Assembly: GCF_024521635.1 (NCBI RefSeq)
Contig: NW_026250406.1
Location: 1,674,001 to 1,721,661 of the forward strand
Length of the DNA: 47,661 nt
Direction of reading: 5' to 3'
Source of the DNA: Tricharina praecox
Taxonomy: Eukaryota
A program made the translations under genes and the position numbers. Every line of letters starts with the position of its first letter. Within the stretch, counting starts at the first letter, position 1. The notes under the pieces were generated by a model. The model was not told where the DNA came from, searched no databases, and worked only from the letters and a program-made list of their open reading frames with translations. Below, one piece after another: positions 21,236 to 34,788 of the stretch.

Positions 21236-22623
21236 ATGGCGACCGAAGTCTTCAAAACCTATCACGAGCATTTCGATTATGCGGAAGCCGACCCAGACCC
21301 AAAGTATGAAGTTTTCAACTGGGTAAAGTGGGTTGAGGACCATATCGCGTTGAAGCAGATCACAATCGCTGCACTGGACCCAACTATCTATGCTACGAAA
21401 GTCCAGGCCACATTCGATGCCCTGATTTTGGCGGAATGTCCTCCGGAAGCAGCGAAAGACTTGGCTCTCCTTGCTCTATACGACCTGGTGGTGTTGCTGG
21501 GTAAGAAAACCATCATAGTTCACATCTACGGCCAGATCCGAGACTCGAAAAGATTAACCTTCCCATAGATGACAGTACTTCGATGGACTACGACGACATC
21601 CCAGAAGGCCAAACGGGCGGCGGCGGCAATGGACCCCGTATAGCAACACTCAAGAAGGTCATGAAGGCGGTCGGCGAGGTGTACACCCATGCAAACGTAG
21701 ACGGAGTCAACCAGGTAAAGTTCCTGAACGTGGCAAAAGGCAAACTCAACGTCACCGGGGACAAGACGGGGTTCCTGGATACTCACAAGTGGGGAGGAGT
21801 GACGCGCATCGGATCCGAGCTCAAAAGAAAGATTCTGGACCCGCGGGTATACAGCAAGACCGCGGATGTACCGATGACTAAACCACTGCTCGTGGTTGTC
21901 ATCACGGATGGAACGGTTCGTAAACACTGTTGCTTCCAACGCTCATCTTTTTCACACTTTCTGACTGGACGACACATATAGGTTGAGGGCGAACAGAAGG
22001 GTTTATTGGAGCACACCATCATTAGTTGTGTCGCAGCCTGCCAGGGTGATACTGCTAAGGGCAGGGGCGGTAAGACTGCATTCCATTGCTATCTTACGGC
22101 ACTGCAGAGGCTGATTCATTTGTAACCAGCTGTCGCATTTCAATTTGCGCAGGTAGGGACAAACGTGGAGGCGGCAAAGTTTCTCCGCCGGCTCGGTACC
22201 GACCCAAAGACGAAGGATTACTGCGATTGTTTGTTAGGTATTTTGGAAACGAATGCACCTCGGCAATAGGCAAGCAGTATGGCTGATGGTACCACAGAAT
22301 CAACGCTAGATGCAATCACAGACGATACTCTGAAGTGGGAAATCGTAAGTTGAAACACGCCGCCTCTTGCTCCCACGCAGCTCCTCTGGTATTGACGGTT
22401 TGGATAGGTGCCGCAATTACTTCTAGGCGCGATCAGGGATCAGGTACGTGGTTTCCTCGAAGACGCGCTCGATTCCATGAGTATCCGTGAGCTAATCCTC
22501 AAACAGTGGAGGAACCATTACGTACCGCTTCGGATTAAAGGCGAGGCTCTAACTATTGACCACGAGAGGGATCTTCCTGAATATGGCGAGTTTGATACTG
22601 AGGAAGCTGATGATGAAGCTTGA
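21236..22623 (+). CDS. von Willebrand factor A (vWA/MIDAS) domain protein, 7 predicted exons
   Basis: Predicted exons ~21236-21500, 21569-21915, 21982-22069, 22130-22238, 22298-22344, 22408-22443 and 22507-22623 with GT..AG introns. Splicing yields VVLLDDSTSM (DxSxS), VVVITDG, AFQFAQVG and LLLGAI. Confidence 0.85.
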
Positions 22624-23172
22624 GTGGCGGAAGTGGATTGGGTATTAGCGTCAGGTTCTGCGGTTAGGTGTGCTGGGTTATGCTGGGGTCCGATGAATGG
22701 AACGTGTTTTTTGTTCATCTTGTGCCGACAGCAATGTGAAGACCGTAACATGACTTCCCTGCCCCCAAAGCTGCTGGTGCCCCACTCACCAGGCCTTCCT
22801 TTACCCAACGATGTGGAGTCACAGCTCTACTGATGCTCCTCTGACGTACGTATCGGACGAACTTGACGGGAGGGAAAAAGATGAAATCACTTTCAGCAGC
22901 CCTTCAACCTTGCATATTTCAACTTAGAATAATCCAACGAAGGCAAAGCCAATTATTCCATGTAGTACAGAATAGTACTACTTAATACCTCACGATGAGG
23001 GTCGGCAATCCCCAGCGCCCGCTTATTCACTATTTAAAGTCCCTAGAGTAACTCTCAGATGAGAGACCGTGATGATCTTTTCTCCAGCTCGGTTGAATAT
23101 CAAGGTGAATGTCAGGATAACTACCTACTTCAGGTATGCTACAAAGCCGCATACGCATAGAACTTGTAGAAT

Positions 23173-24451
23173 CAGGCCTGGTAATAGTCCGTCCGGACGG
23201 AAGACTATTGGGGCCCGGCGGCGCCGTCCCGTCTGGGGCGAGGATTTGGCCGGACGAGTCGGGGTCCGTCCCAGGTCCAAAAAGCCTGAGGCCCGAGGGG
23301 GGCCCCATGGGGCTCGGAAATTTTTAGTGTGGAAGTGGCTGGCTACTAGTGTACGGTGCCGGCTGTCCGGAATATTTTGGCGGATGAAATTTTTTGCATC
23401 CGATCGCACAAGGGATTGAGTAGCGAGCAACGGACATGCACATAGGAGGTCCCCAAACCTTGCTGGGTGACGTGGCCGGCTAGGTGATTAGGTGTTTCTA
23501 TCGGTTTAGCGATCATTCAGGTTTCCCGGCACCGCTACTGCCTCCAGCTCAGAAAAAGTCGTCTGGGTGACTTCAGGAACTCTAGCTCGCCTCTAGCTCG
23601 CCTTTAGTTCCCCTTTAGTTCGCCGTAATTAGTAGGTAGGTTGTGAGTAGTTTCTGGGATTAAGAACTAGATTGTATCTACAAGAAAATTTGTGCTCGAG
23701 TTGCTCGACTCCAACATCCGCGCTCAAACTCCATTTTCGAACCCGATGATGGCGAAGAGGATGTACAACTCAGCAAGCGACGGAGTGTTGCACCCAGAAA
23801 GCTGGCGACATACTTCATACACATGGGAATACATTAGTATGGGTACGGATATCATTGTCCTTAGACTATTGGCAGTTACTCAAGAAGCATTGCAAGAGTC
23901 AATCAACTCGCACAGTTGGAGTCATTAAAGTAATGACTCTAGTCACTGAGCAGGATTGACTCCAGTCAGCCGGCAGGAGGACTGGGTGGTGTAGAAAGGG
24001 CTGAGAAGTCAGGGATGTACCCTGGATGCACTCGGAGCTACTCACCTGGCCAGCCAGCCCCGCAGGGCAAGGTCCTCAAACCCGAATTTCATGGCTGGAC
24101 ATCGTTATTGGTCAATCTGTCTCGATGGGTTTCCGGCCGGCCAGATCACCCGGCAAGGTTTGAGGACCTCTAGTGTAAGATCTGCCGGCAGAGGTGTCTC
24201 CTTGGCCGTCTACTTCCTACAGTCGTCTATTCCTCGCCGTGCTGCCAACTCCTTAGCGTCATTCCTGCCTGCTGCGCCACTGCGCCATTGCCCAAGGCTA
24301 GTACTAGCGCCATATTTCCGGGCCCGAATGGGGCCCCAGTCATCCTCCGGCTTGCCCGGAGCCCTGTAGTCCTTGATATCCCGGGCCCGACAAATTCCGT
24401 CTCGTCCGGGGCATAACCAAGGACGGACAGGACGGACGATTCCCAGGCCTG
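23173..24451. mobile_element. Non-autonomous hAT-type DNA transposon (1279 bp)
   Basis: 22-bp TIRs CAGGCCTGGTAATAGTCCGTCC and CAGGCCTGGGAATCGTCCGTCC (20/22 match); 8-bp TSD TGTAGAAT at 23165-23172 and 24452-24459; no transposase-length ORF. Confidence 0.9.
23580..23623 (+). repeat. 4 x 11-bp tandem repeat inside the hAT element
   Basis: ctctagctcgc, ctctagctcgc, ctttagttccc, ctttagttcgc. Confidence 0.85.
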
Positions 24452-24678
24452 TGTAGAATATGTACTGTAGGCAACCTGGCTGAATCTTTAGACGCAGAAT
24501 TCGAAAATCTCATTTCGAAATACACTGGTTTCGCGTTAAGAAGATCATGTAACCCCATAAACAATGTTTAGCCATCATAGCAACCTCCCCCCCCCCCTCC
24601 CCCCCACCCGGCGTCCCCCTGTTCGTTTAATCATACATTAAAACACAAGCGCACAGAAGCTTAAACCACCTCCTTTTC

Positions 24679-27600
24679 CTAAGGTGCCGGTCCATTGTTG
24701 GCTGCCAAGGTGTTCGCCCCCACTAACACCGAATGTTCCAAGCAAACGTTTATCACTAACGACTCGTTTGCGCGGACGCTCAGCACCTCCGCCGCGCTTC
24801 CCACGGCCGCGCGTGTACCAGCGGCAGCCGCCGCACTTCCGCTGTGTGGTTTTCGGTGCTGGCTGAGTACTGGTTGCCTCGGTGGTAGCGTACTTGCTGT
24901 GCTTTGGTTTCGACTTCTAGCCTCCGACTGCTTAATCGCCTCCTGCCTTGCTAACTCCGCTTTTATAAATTCCTCTTCCTTTTGCTCATCAGTCTGAGCC
25001 CTGGTCGCTCTCTCCTCATCTTCCTTTTCTCGGAGCATCTTAGCTCGGTCTTTGGGCCGTTTGAATCCTTTACCCGTGCAAATGGCTATGACGTAGTCTT
25101 TAAGCGCCGTCGTTTTGTACTTCTTGTGCAAGTATACGAGGAGCGTTATGATGAGGATGACGATGGTAATAGGAGCCACGACGATCCAAAACTTGGTCTC
25201 TGTATCGATTTTGCCCTGCGCATAGGGTAGGGCAAAATACTGAACAAAACAGTTAGCATCCAAACGTGATAATGCGATGTGCCGCAATTGGCATGGATCT
25301 CCGCCCCTGGGCCCTCCTCGTACCTGTGTGAAAAAAGCCAGCGGCAAGAATATGATCGTCACCACGGTGAACAGCGACATGGTATTCCCCTGAAGCGCTA
25401 TATCCTCCCGCATCTTCCTAGCATTATCCTCGGCCGCCTGTCTCGCTTCACGTGCGAGTTTTGCTTCGTATTGGTGCCGCGCCTGCTGGCGCTTGGCTTC
25501 CCGCGCTTCGTCCTCGCTGATTTCGATCAAGCTCTCCAGAAGGGCTTTCATGTCCACCGCCGTGGCCTCGGACGGGCCTTCGCCAGCCATTTCTACCAGC
25601 TTCTCCGTGCAACCTAGGATTTCCTTCTGTAACCCCTCTTGCCGAAGGCTGCCTGCATAAATCTTTTTCAACTCTTGCAGCTGTTCGCCGTCCGAGCTCG
25701 ATCCGGTGCCGGTGGTACTGCCACTCAGGCTTTGCAGCCTCATTGCCTCCAGCTGCGCCGTTGCTGCCGCCGATGCCGATGCCGATGCTGCTGTCGGTTC
25801 CGGGCGGCTTTGAGTGACGCTCGCGACGAGTTGTATAACCTGATTGGGTAGTCAGAAGACAATTCACCATCCCCTCCTTGCCGGCAGAGGGCCCCCGGTT
25901 CAGCCGGGAAACTTACATTCTCGTAGGATGTTCTCAGCTGTTTCAGCACGACACCTAGTTCTTTCCGCACCTCCAGCCGTGCTTCTTTCGTCACCTCGAG
26001 AAATTTTATGGTAGTCTTGAGCTGCTCCTGCTGCTGTGAGACGACGGGAATCTGTTCCCCCGAGATCGCGCTCCGTAGCTTGTTCACGAGGTCGCGCAGG
26101 AGGCTGATCTGCTTGTCCCACACACTGACGGCCATGGCGAGACACATCAGGTGGTTCGAGATCTCTTCGAGTGCCGCTCGCTTCGCGTCGTCAATGCTAT
26201 CGGGGGAGTTTTCTGAGGTCCCGAGGCCAAACTCGGTGCTGAGGGCTTGGAGATAGAGGAACTAAAGAATACCGACATCCGTCAGTCCGAGTTATACCCC
26301 CGACCCCGACCCCATACCCCCCATTACTTTTAAGCACACTGAGACTTGACTTACGCTTCTATTGGACTTCGCACGATATTCATTCAGAAGTGGTTTGTCG
26401 GAAAGGATGACACTGGCAAGCATGTGTGCAACGTGATGGAACGCGCCAGTTGTCAGTCCCGGGCGTTCCAGGCGGAGGTTTTGGGTGGTGCATTCTCTGG
26501 AGGTGAATTTCGCTATAGTGGCTGTTTTTTTATATCATTTAGTGAGTGATACACACTTCCACCCATATCGGAAACTCGTAACTCGGAGGAGGGGGCAAAC
26601 TGTTATTCAGGATGAAGAACAAGGCCTGGTGAACACCTTCTCCTCTCCGACCCCCGAGAGTCGGACCGGCGAGCGCGCCGTCAAATTCCGTCAACCGAAC
26701 ACTTTCGTCGAAAGCGAAGAGATTCCCGCCCAGAAAAGGCAGCCAGATAAAAAAGGCAGATGTTTCCGCCGTTTTCATGGTTACCGGCCCGAAGCTTCCG
26801 CGGATCCGAATGCCCGACGTATTGACTGCCACGCTCTCCGCCAGCAACTGCGAAACATCGGGGAACTCCTCGCGTCCCTCCAGAACCGAGAGGAATTTCT
26901 AAAACACTGTGGTTGGCATTGAACTGTAGATATTTCTTGGCAGTAACAGTAGTAATAGGTACCTTGGCGGGTGCACACTCCGCGTATTCTCTGCGCAAAG
27001 AGCACGGTTAGTGACGATCTCGGAATTAGGTAGTGGCCTGTAACATCGCATACAGTATCTGAATGGGCCTCCCCTCGTCGGGGAAGAGCGTCATATCGGC
27101 CTCCAGCTGTCTGAATACTGTGTCCAAAGTGAATTCAGTCGGTTGGAAGTTTGCGGCATCCTGCAGTCCCGTTCCCTCTCGTAGATACGATTGTCGTCTC
27201 TGGGGTCCCTTCACCAACTTGTCGTCCTCATCACCGTCGTCATCGTCGTCATCGTCATCGTCGTCTTCGTCGTCGTCGTAGTGAACAGGCTCTAACTCTT
27301 CATCCCTGGAATAAACGGGGTAGCTGTACGACAGGACATGCCCCTGGGCTGCCCACTGCGGTTCGGTAGGTCTGAAGATGCCATAGTTCTCGTCGTGTCG
27401 AAAGAGTCGCCTACGGAATGCCATGGAGGTTGTTTTCGCTGCGCGGTGATGTTGAAAGACGCGGAAAGAAAGTACGCCACTCAAGAAAAGGCTGTGGGGC
27501 TCTTTACGTATTTATGGGGGGTTTACTTTTTTTTTCCTTCGCGTTTTTCTTTTCTTTTCCCCAGCCTTCCCGTCAGGCGTGCCGGCGGGCGCGGACGAAT

Positions 27601-28252
27601 TATCTAGAAGCACATGAATTAAAAGAGCAAGAGAAGTGGCATCTCCCGCATCCGTGTGGGCCTGTTAGCTGCGGGCCCGCCGCCCGCCCGTGCAGTCACT
27701 CCGTGAGGCGGACCGTGTGGCAGTGCTTGCATTTTGATCATCGGCATTCCTCGAGTCCCCAGAGTAGCAAAAGATCCCGACGGAACTTGGACGGGTGGTT
27801 GGCCGAGAACCACCTCCTTTCGTTCTCCACGCGCACCATTCGTTCCCCACGCGCACCATGGCTAAAGCAGCATTCGAAATCAAAAACCACGTCTGGTCGG
27901 AGGAGAATGAACACGACTGGCTATGAGAAGGGTAGGGCGGAGCGGAGGCTGGAGGGGAGCGGCTAGGCAGGGCAGTATGTGGTGGTGATGTATCGCACCC
28001 TATACTATAATAGAGTACGTCCACCCTAGATACGCAGTTTACTTAACAAGACGTACCTATCTAGCCCGTCGATAAATTCCGCATGCGAGATCCAACGCAT
28101 CACATCTTGCGGTGTGGAGAAGAAAAGAAAAGGCGTAGTTAGAGGGCTAATTCGGAAGTCGCCGGCCGACTGTGCTGGCATCCGGGTCGCATATCGGAGC
28201 TGAGCTGAAACCTGCATGCAGCAGTGAGTCCACCAATGGGCAAATTTGGCAT
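24679..28252 (-). CDS. Multi-exon fungal CorA-like membrane protein (5' end uncertain)
   Basis: C-terminal two-TM signature MSLFTVVTIIFLPLAFFTQ|YFALPY...FWIVVAPITIVILIITLLVYL after a coiled-coil. Upstream ORF pieces (27026-27484, 26539-26847, 25740-26147) can be joined by GT..AG introns. Poly-Asp microsatellite near 27225-27279. Confidence 0.7.
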
Positions 28253-30529
28253 GAAGTTCTGTCCATGCAATCCAGTTGTTTTGACGACACGGGGGTGAGG
28301 ATTTCGACCTATAATGTAAGTAGAATATCTAGAGTAGGGTGAGAAAAACACTGTTTCCACAGGTATCTCGGAATCTGTCCTGGCACTGATGTTTTTCACC
28401 CCCCGACAACCCGCGATTGAGGGGTGTGGTCAGATTGTCTCGGAGATAGTCATCTGAGACATGTCAATGGAACTGGGCGAATCACTAGAAAGTGACTCGA
28501 CATCCATGTTATTAACAATTGCGAGCCAACTCCGGATGGGGGAAGGGCTCCAGATATCAAGCATACCATACCAGTGCACAATAGATAGTATTCGTCATCG
28601 GATAACCCATGAGTGTAGATAAGTGAGTGGGGTACATACGGAATGGTGTTGAGGTCAAGACAACTATGTAGGTATACTCCTACCAGTATTTGGCCGAGGA
28701 ATCGACGAAGCCGTGGTTGACAACCTGTGTGTAAATATTTGGAATATAGGATTAAGCGAACGGTGGTCGATAACTGAAGTTCACCTAGGTAGGTAGGCTT
28801 ACCTTGCACGCAGGGATAATCGCTCGCTCGAGTCGTGGATAGGTTCGGACATCAACTTCAAGATGGCTCGATGATTATTCCTGGATTGACAGGTTGTCGT
28901 GAACTTGGCTCCGCCTTGAAAACACCATCGATGCACTCGAACGTGGAACCCATTCAGTATGTCCACCTAGGTGCTAGAATACTCGTACACACAAGATCAC
29001 GATTTTAAGCAAATGGGAGCTAAATCTCGGACCCCACCCCCCCCCCCCCCATACTACCTACATATGTAGGTATTGGATAATCTTGCCGACACGGGCGGCC
29101 ATAGCATTTCTCGGCCGTCGCTGTGGCGGTGGGGCCCGCAATACGGCATTCCTGCGGAATCATCTCCACTACCTACATATGTAGAACATAAGGAGGTGTT
29201 TTTCGTACCCGGGCCGCTGAACGAGGACTGTTGAAAGAGATGCCAAAAGCCTCCGTAGCCTCGCCCGATTGACCACATTATTCACAGTGTTCATTGTTGC
29301 AGAAAACGGATATACATACCCCAAGGAGACAACCCATCGTTTGTGCCTTGAGAAGGCTGGCGGCCCGAGGCCGGGCGTCGGCCATCACCGCACAGCCAGC
29401 AGGCTGCAGGTCAGCAACCTCGCCCCAATTAGCAACATTCCGCCGAATAACGCCACGGCAAATCTTTTTCGGCGTGTTTTGTGGCTGGCGGTTTCTGTTG
29501 GCAGTAGACAACACATCAATTGCGGTTCGACGCGTGAGCACGTGATTGTAACCCGCCGACGCGACCTCTTGCGCGTGTCAAATTAAGCTAACTATCGACA
29601 CGTGCTTAGGTGGCCGCGTTGAAACTCACCAACCTTGAGGCTCAAGCTTCCATTCTAGTACGTTCTATAACTCTGGGGGATCTCATATGGCCAAGCACTA
29701 AAGAAATCGTTCCACCCCGCCTTGAGCCTCCTTCGCCAAATGTCCACCGCGGTATCGTGAAACATAAATATCACTCGTCGTGCATTTTTCACGCCGTTTC
29801 TTGTTCACATGCTTTTTAGTTAGCACTGCGGACTCTTCATATATATTGTGGTAGCCAGCTTCCCGGCTGAGCAAGAGGAACTTCTCAACGCGTTCATTAA
29901 TGAAATTACCGTGCGCGCCGGATGTTCTTTCAGTTCTCCCGACCAGTATCAACCTCACTTCTCTCTTCGAAGTCCTAGAGCCGGTCCTCCATCTCCTCGG
30001 TCCCATCAATTTATTGTCGCATACAGCCCATCTAGACCAGGTATGGTGACCATTGTATCGCGATCGAGCTTCCGGCAGAAGCAGACGATTTTCAATTCGT
30101 CCGTTAAATAATGAGGTACCCAGGTAGAAGAAGATACCTAATGCATTCGGTACTCTCTCCATATACAAGCTTCATGAGCTAGAGTATCTAGGCATCTATC
30201 CCTTCGAAAGGTAGGTATCCCGCGCTCGGACACCCACTACGGACGCCGTCATCTCCAGACGTCCGATATTCTGACATCGCAGAATCAGTTTTCGTGATTC
30301 GGGGCCAACTGGCATCCCATGCTTCCCCGCTGCCAGCCGTCAGACCGTAGCCATCAGATATAGTATGCGCACATTTCACATAGAATTTCACCTTCGGAAT
30401 TGCACTCGCACTCCGGACCGCGATTACCGTGAACTATCAACTCAACCACTACTAGTTATACAAAAAAATCCCAAAAAACCTCCCGGCCTCTCCCGCACAC
30501 GGACCCGCACCGTACGCGCATCCACCACT

Positions 30530-32142
30530 TTAGTAAAACTCAACCGAATCGTAGATGAAGTTGGGGTTCAGGAAAGTCGTGCCAGTGCTGCCGCTGGCAC
30601 AACTGATAGCGATGCTGTTCGATCCGGCGACCAAGTTGCCCGCAGGGATGGTGAAGCTGTAGACCTCGCCGTAGCCACGATACGCTCCTCTCGTGAAGCC
30701 ACGGGAGTCGATCTTTGTTGGTGCCGCTGGGGTGGCGGGGGAGTAGCTGTTGACCTTGATGCTGGGGCGGCCGCCGGCAAAGGAGAGGGTGGTGTAGATT
30801 CTGACGGTGCGGGCGACCGCGGCTTGCGCGCTCGTGAGCGTAACCGAGATGGTGGTCGGGTCGTTAACGGTCTTGACCTGCGCCATGGGGAAGTCGGCGG
30901 TCGACGAGGTGCCCCACGTGAAGGTAGAGGCAGCCCATGCGGACATGCGCGAGTCGGAGGGGTGCATGACGAGCTGGTTCGCGGCGTTCATGAAGCCGGT
31001 GGGCTTTCCGTCGACCGTGCCGATGCGGAAGATCACGCTCGAGGGAATGTCCTGCGCGGAGGCAAGGCTCTTGCTCGTGCTGCCTCCGGCGGTGACGGTG
31101 ACGGACGACTCGGCGACCTTGAGCTCGCCCTTGTACAGCACCATGGTGTAGGTTCCGGGCTTCATCAGGGGGGAAGTGAACGAGCCGTCGGACTTGACCC
31201 AGTACTGGGCGGCGCTGTTGTACCAGTGAACGACACCGTCGGTGACACCGGAGACGGTGCCGGTGACTGTTCCGCGGCCGGAAGTGGCGACGTAGCCGCT
31301 CAGAGACAGGGAAGAGTAGAAGTCGAAGCTGGGGAGGGTGGCGGTGTTGCCGTTGTTGAAGATCAGAGCGTACGGACCGTGGAAGCCCATGCGGTAGGAC
31401 TCGGTCTGGACGTGACCGGAATTCATATAGAAGTAGATCTCCTGCTGGGCGGAGCCTTGGTTGTCTATGTCGCGGAAGAACGGTCCTCCGGAAGACGACT
31501 CGTAGTTGCCGATAGCCATGCAAGCGCCGATTCCGCTGCCCTTGACACAGTGCACGGAGTCCTCGATGAAACGGACGCTGGAGTAGAACTTGCTGCGGGT
31601 TTGTCCGTCAACCAGGAAGACGTCCGAGCCCTCCACCACGGTACCGTCCTCGACGTCAGAAGCGGTGACTCCGGTGGTGATGACCGACTTCTTCAGTCTG
31701 GCGATGAAACGGAGTTCACCGATGGTGGGCTCGGCAGTGATGTACGTGCCCATGTAGACGGTGGGATCACCGCTCTGTCGACAATGTCAGAAGAGAAGAC
31801 TCAATGCGCGGCGGACAAAAACGGAAGGCTTACCTTGGCGATGTAATACTGCGTCAAGGTACTCGTCACGACGGTGATCTTGATGTAGGTGCTGCTGATT
31901 GTGGTTGCGGAGACGGTAGCACTTCCTAGTCCGGAGGCGATATGCGACATCTTGGAGCTATCCTGAGCTTCGGTGCCACTGTAGACGAGCGAGACGATAT
32001 CTCCGTTCGTCTGGCTGACGGAGAAGACGAGACCACCATTGGTGTCGACGACGAAGCGGCCGTTCGTCGAGGTGACACCGAATGCGGCGAATGAGGTGCC
32101 AGCCAGGCAGGCCAGCGAGAAGAGAACGGATGAGATGCGCAT
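30530..32142 (-). CDS. rglA: Secreted rhamnogalacturonan endolyase, polysaccharide lyase family 4 (RglA/RhgB-like), 2 exons
   Basis: Signal peptide MRISSVLFSLACLAGTSFA; exons 32142-31834 and 31774-30530. Motifs SHIASGLG, EPTIGELRFIARL, QTRSKFYSS, SSGGPFFRDI, YMNSGHVQTE..RMGFHGPY, MHPSDSRM, SRGFTRGAYRG. Confidence 0.95.
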
Positions 32143-32281
32143 GATGAATGAATGATTCGGCCCGGCGAACACTGAACGATCGAAACGAAAGGGTACCAAA
32201 GAAGGGATGAAGCAACGACTGTGCTTCCGACGGTTGACGGCTGTGTGTGTCAAAACGTGGAGTACAGTGAGGGTATCTCCA

Positions 32282-32290
32282 TTATATATA
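32282..32290 (-). promoter_or_regulatory. Probable TATA box of the lyase gene
   Basis: TATATATAA about 140 bp upstream of the ATG. Confidence 0.55.
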
Positions 32291-34157
32291 CTCCGTCGAC
32301 GGGTTACAGGACACCCGGTTCCTGTCGACGGCTCGCCTTAGTGGGTAAGCGACTGTGTAGTGCTGCCCCAGATAGATTGAGTGGGACAGTTATTCGGGGT
32401 TTCCCATGTTTGTGCTGCACATAAAACGGCGCTGTAGCCCATATTCCGCGATTGCGGGGTACATTAGGCAGAAACCCAACCCGGCGGTAGGGGTGGACAG
32501 TCCGCAGTGCCTACACCGTATTGACAGTATGTAGGACCGCCAGGCATATATTCCTCCGAAGTTTCCGAAGCTTCCGAAGCCTCCTACGGTAAGGCTGGAG
32601 GGTCAAGGCACGCGGATAATGTCTGCAACGCGCCGGGCGCTGACAGTAATTCAGTACCCCCGAGCGAGAAGAACCATAGCCTGCCGGGGTAGAATATTAA
32701 CCTCGAATGTACTGGTGACACGCGGCACCGGCGTTCCGTCCTATGCTCAGGACTCTAGTTTTTTTCGGGAGTAACTACGCCGAAAATAGTGCTGCGGTCC
32801 TGACAGTAACCTAGGGGCTAGCTACCGGGAGCGTTGTGCATCATCCGATGAGAATGACTTCCTGCCGCGCGGATTCATCAGCATCATTCACACTAGATTT
32901 CGCAGTGCTATATGCGAAGCGTGCCAGGAGGTAATTATCATGAGCCATCCCAACCGAAACCCGAAGGAAATTATGCGGGGTGCATGCCCTACAGCGCCAT
33001 TTTGTGGCGCAATGTGGTGGCGGCTGTGACAACTGTCCGGCTATTTGCCCCCTACCACGACCTCCACGTGGCTTATCTATGGCTACCAGATCCCCCGCCG
33101 GAGAAGAAGAAACCCCCATCAATCTATGGTTCGAAGGTCTCCTTTCTCCTACGCCAGATCTCGCTGGCTTTGGGTCCGTGAGGCTCACGCCATTGCCGGC
33201 TACTCGATGAAGCTGGCCTCCGAGGACAGTTCGTTTTGGCTTCTCTTTCTGAACAATAATGCAGATACCGTGAGCACGGGCAGCAAGAATAATCAATTCG
33301 CCAGCTTCCGCATAAACAGTCGAAGTCCGGGCTGACGGCACTTTCAACCGGATCGACGTCCAAGTACGCTCTTTATTACACCGATGTTCGAGGTCAGGCT
33401 TGGCCACTATGTAACCCCGCGCTAGGATTGACAGCAGTCCTACAGCTTATCCTACGGAGCTATTTGGGCGATGCCCGAAGGAAAATGCTGCGTACTGAAC
33501 ACAATGCAGATTATCTTTCCTGGACCCAAGCAGGTATTGCCAGCGACACGTGCAACTAAGTACCGATGGCATCGCCAAGATGGTTCGCAAATCGCGCAGC
33601 ACTCGCCTCCTGCCTAGTACCTACATACGCACTTTCGCGGTGTCTAGGCTGTCAGGACAAACCCAATAGCGAATGCGGGGAACCACCTAGGCTTTCCGTA
33701 GGCTTTCTTTGATGGCTTCTTTACCCGTAACACACATACCTCCCTTCCCCCTGGGGAATTTAAACAGGCAACATCTCCTGGCCTCGGTTTTCTTCGAGCG
33801 AGTCCGTGACCACAACTCGGAAGTGTCCCAGCCCGAGGCGGCTTGAGATTACGGGGAGCCGCTTGAAGCCTCCTTTCTCCTGTAAAATTCTCCTTGCATG
33901 ATTTGTATGAGGGTTATGTGATTGCTTTACCATAAAGTTTTACCCGTCATGTATAGTATTTTTTTAGTGCGCTCTCTAATTTTGGTTCTCGTACAAGCAT
34001 AAGGGGAAGGCAAAGGAAACGCACATCAAATTACCTACGGACTACAAGAGGTGGGGAAGGGACGTCCAGACGGGAGGAAGTGTATTTGTACGTAACTGCC
34101 ATGATTTACATAAGGTTGGATTCATTGATGAATCATGATTGACAAAAAACACTTCCC

Positions 34158-34788
34158 TCAAAATTCAATCTCTATATCATCCACGTACGCCTCGCCAACT
34201 GGTTGATCGAAAAACTGCACCCCATTCATATCGACATAATCCCAGGTGAACGCCACCGTAACATCGCTCACCTCCACCAAATCAAGCGTGATCGTCGTAG
34301 AGTACACCCTTCCCTTCGGTGGTACCACTGTCGAGCTGCGTTCGCTCACGCCATCACTCGTTGACGCGACCATGACCAAGGAGGCGGAGGTGTTTGCACG
34401 GCGGTAGACAACGCCCGGCAACTCCGTCGTCAGGTGGAATCCCTGAATATCGAAAGTCCCCGCGGTGGCGAGGGCAAACGTGATGCTGTTCGTGTCGGCG
34501 GAGAGACATATCGGAGACGAAGAACATTTTCCCCATGGACCGCCGCCCCCCGAGTGCGCGTGACAGCCAACATCGGTGGTGACGTTCACGTATTTCGCGT
34601 CTGTTATGAGGAGGCCCTGGTAGGGCGATGGTAGGGTGATGAGGCTGCCGCAGGTACTAGAGAGGTCGTCGAACTGCAGTGAACTGGTCAGCTGCGAAGA
34701 GTAACGGGTGCAGGCGGTAGATTACGTTCACGACTGTGCCGGACACTGCGGTGGCGAGTGTGGCGAGGAGGACTGCTAGGTTGCGCAT
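34158..34788 (-). CDS. Small secreted protein of unknown function (~192 aa, 2 exons)
   Basis: Exon 1 34788-34726 MRNLAVLLATLATAVSGTVVN; 52-bp GT..AG intron; exon 2 34673-34158 FDDLSSTCG...EAYVDDIEIEF. TATAAA near 34880. Confidence 0.8.

Noticed and set aside
30365..31846. 493-aa plus-strand ORF
   Set aside because: Antisense shadow of the codon-biased PL4 lyase gene; no recognisable motifs.
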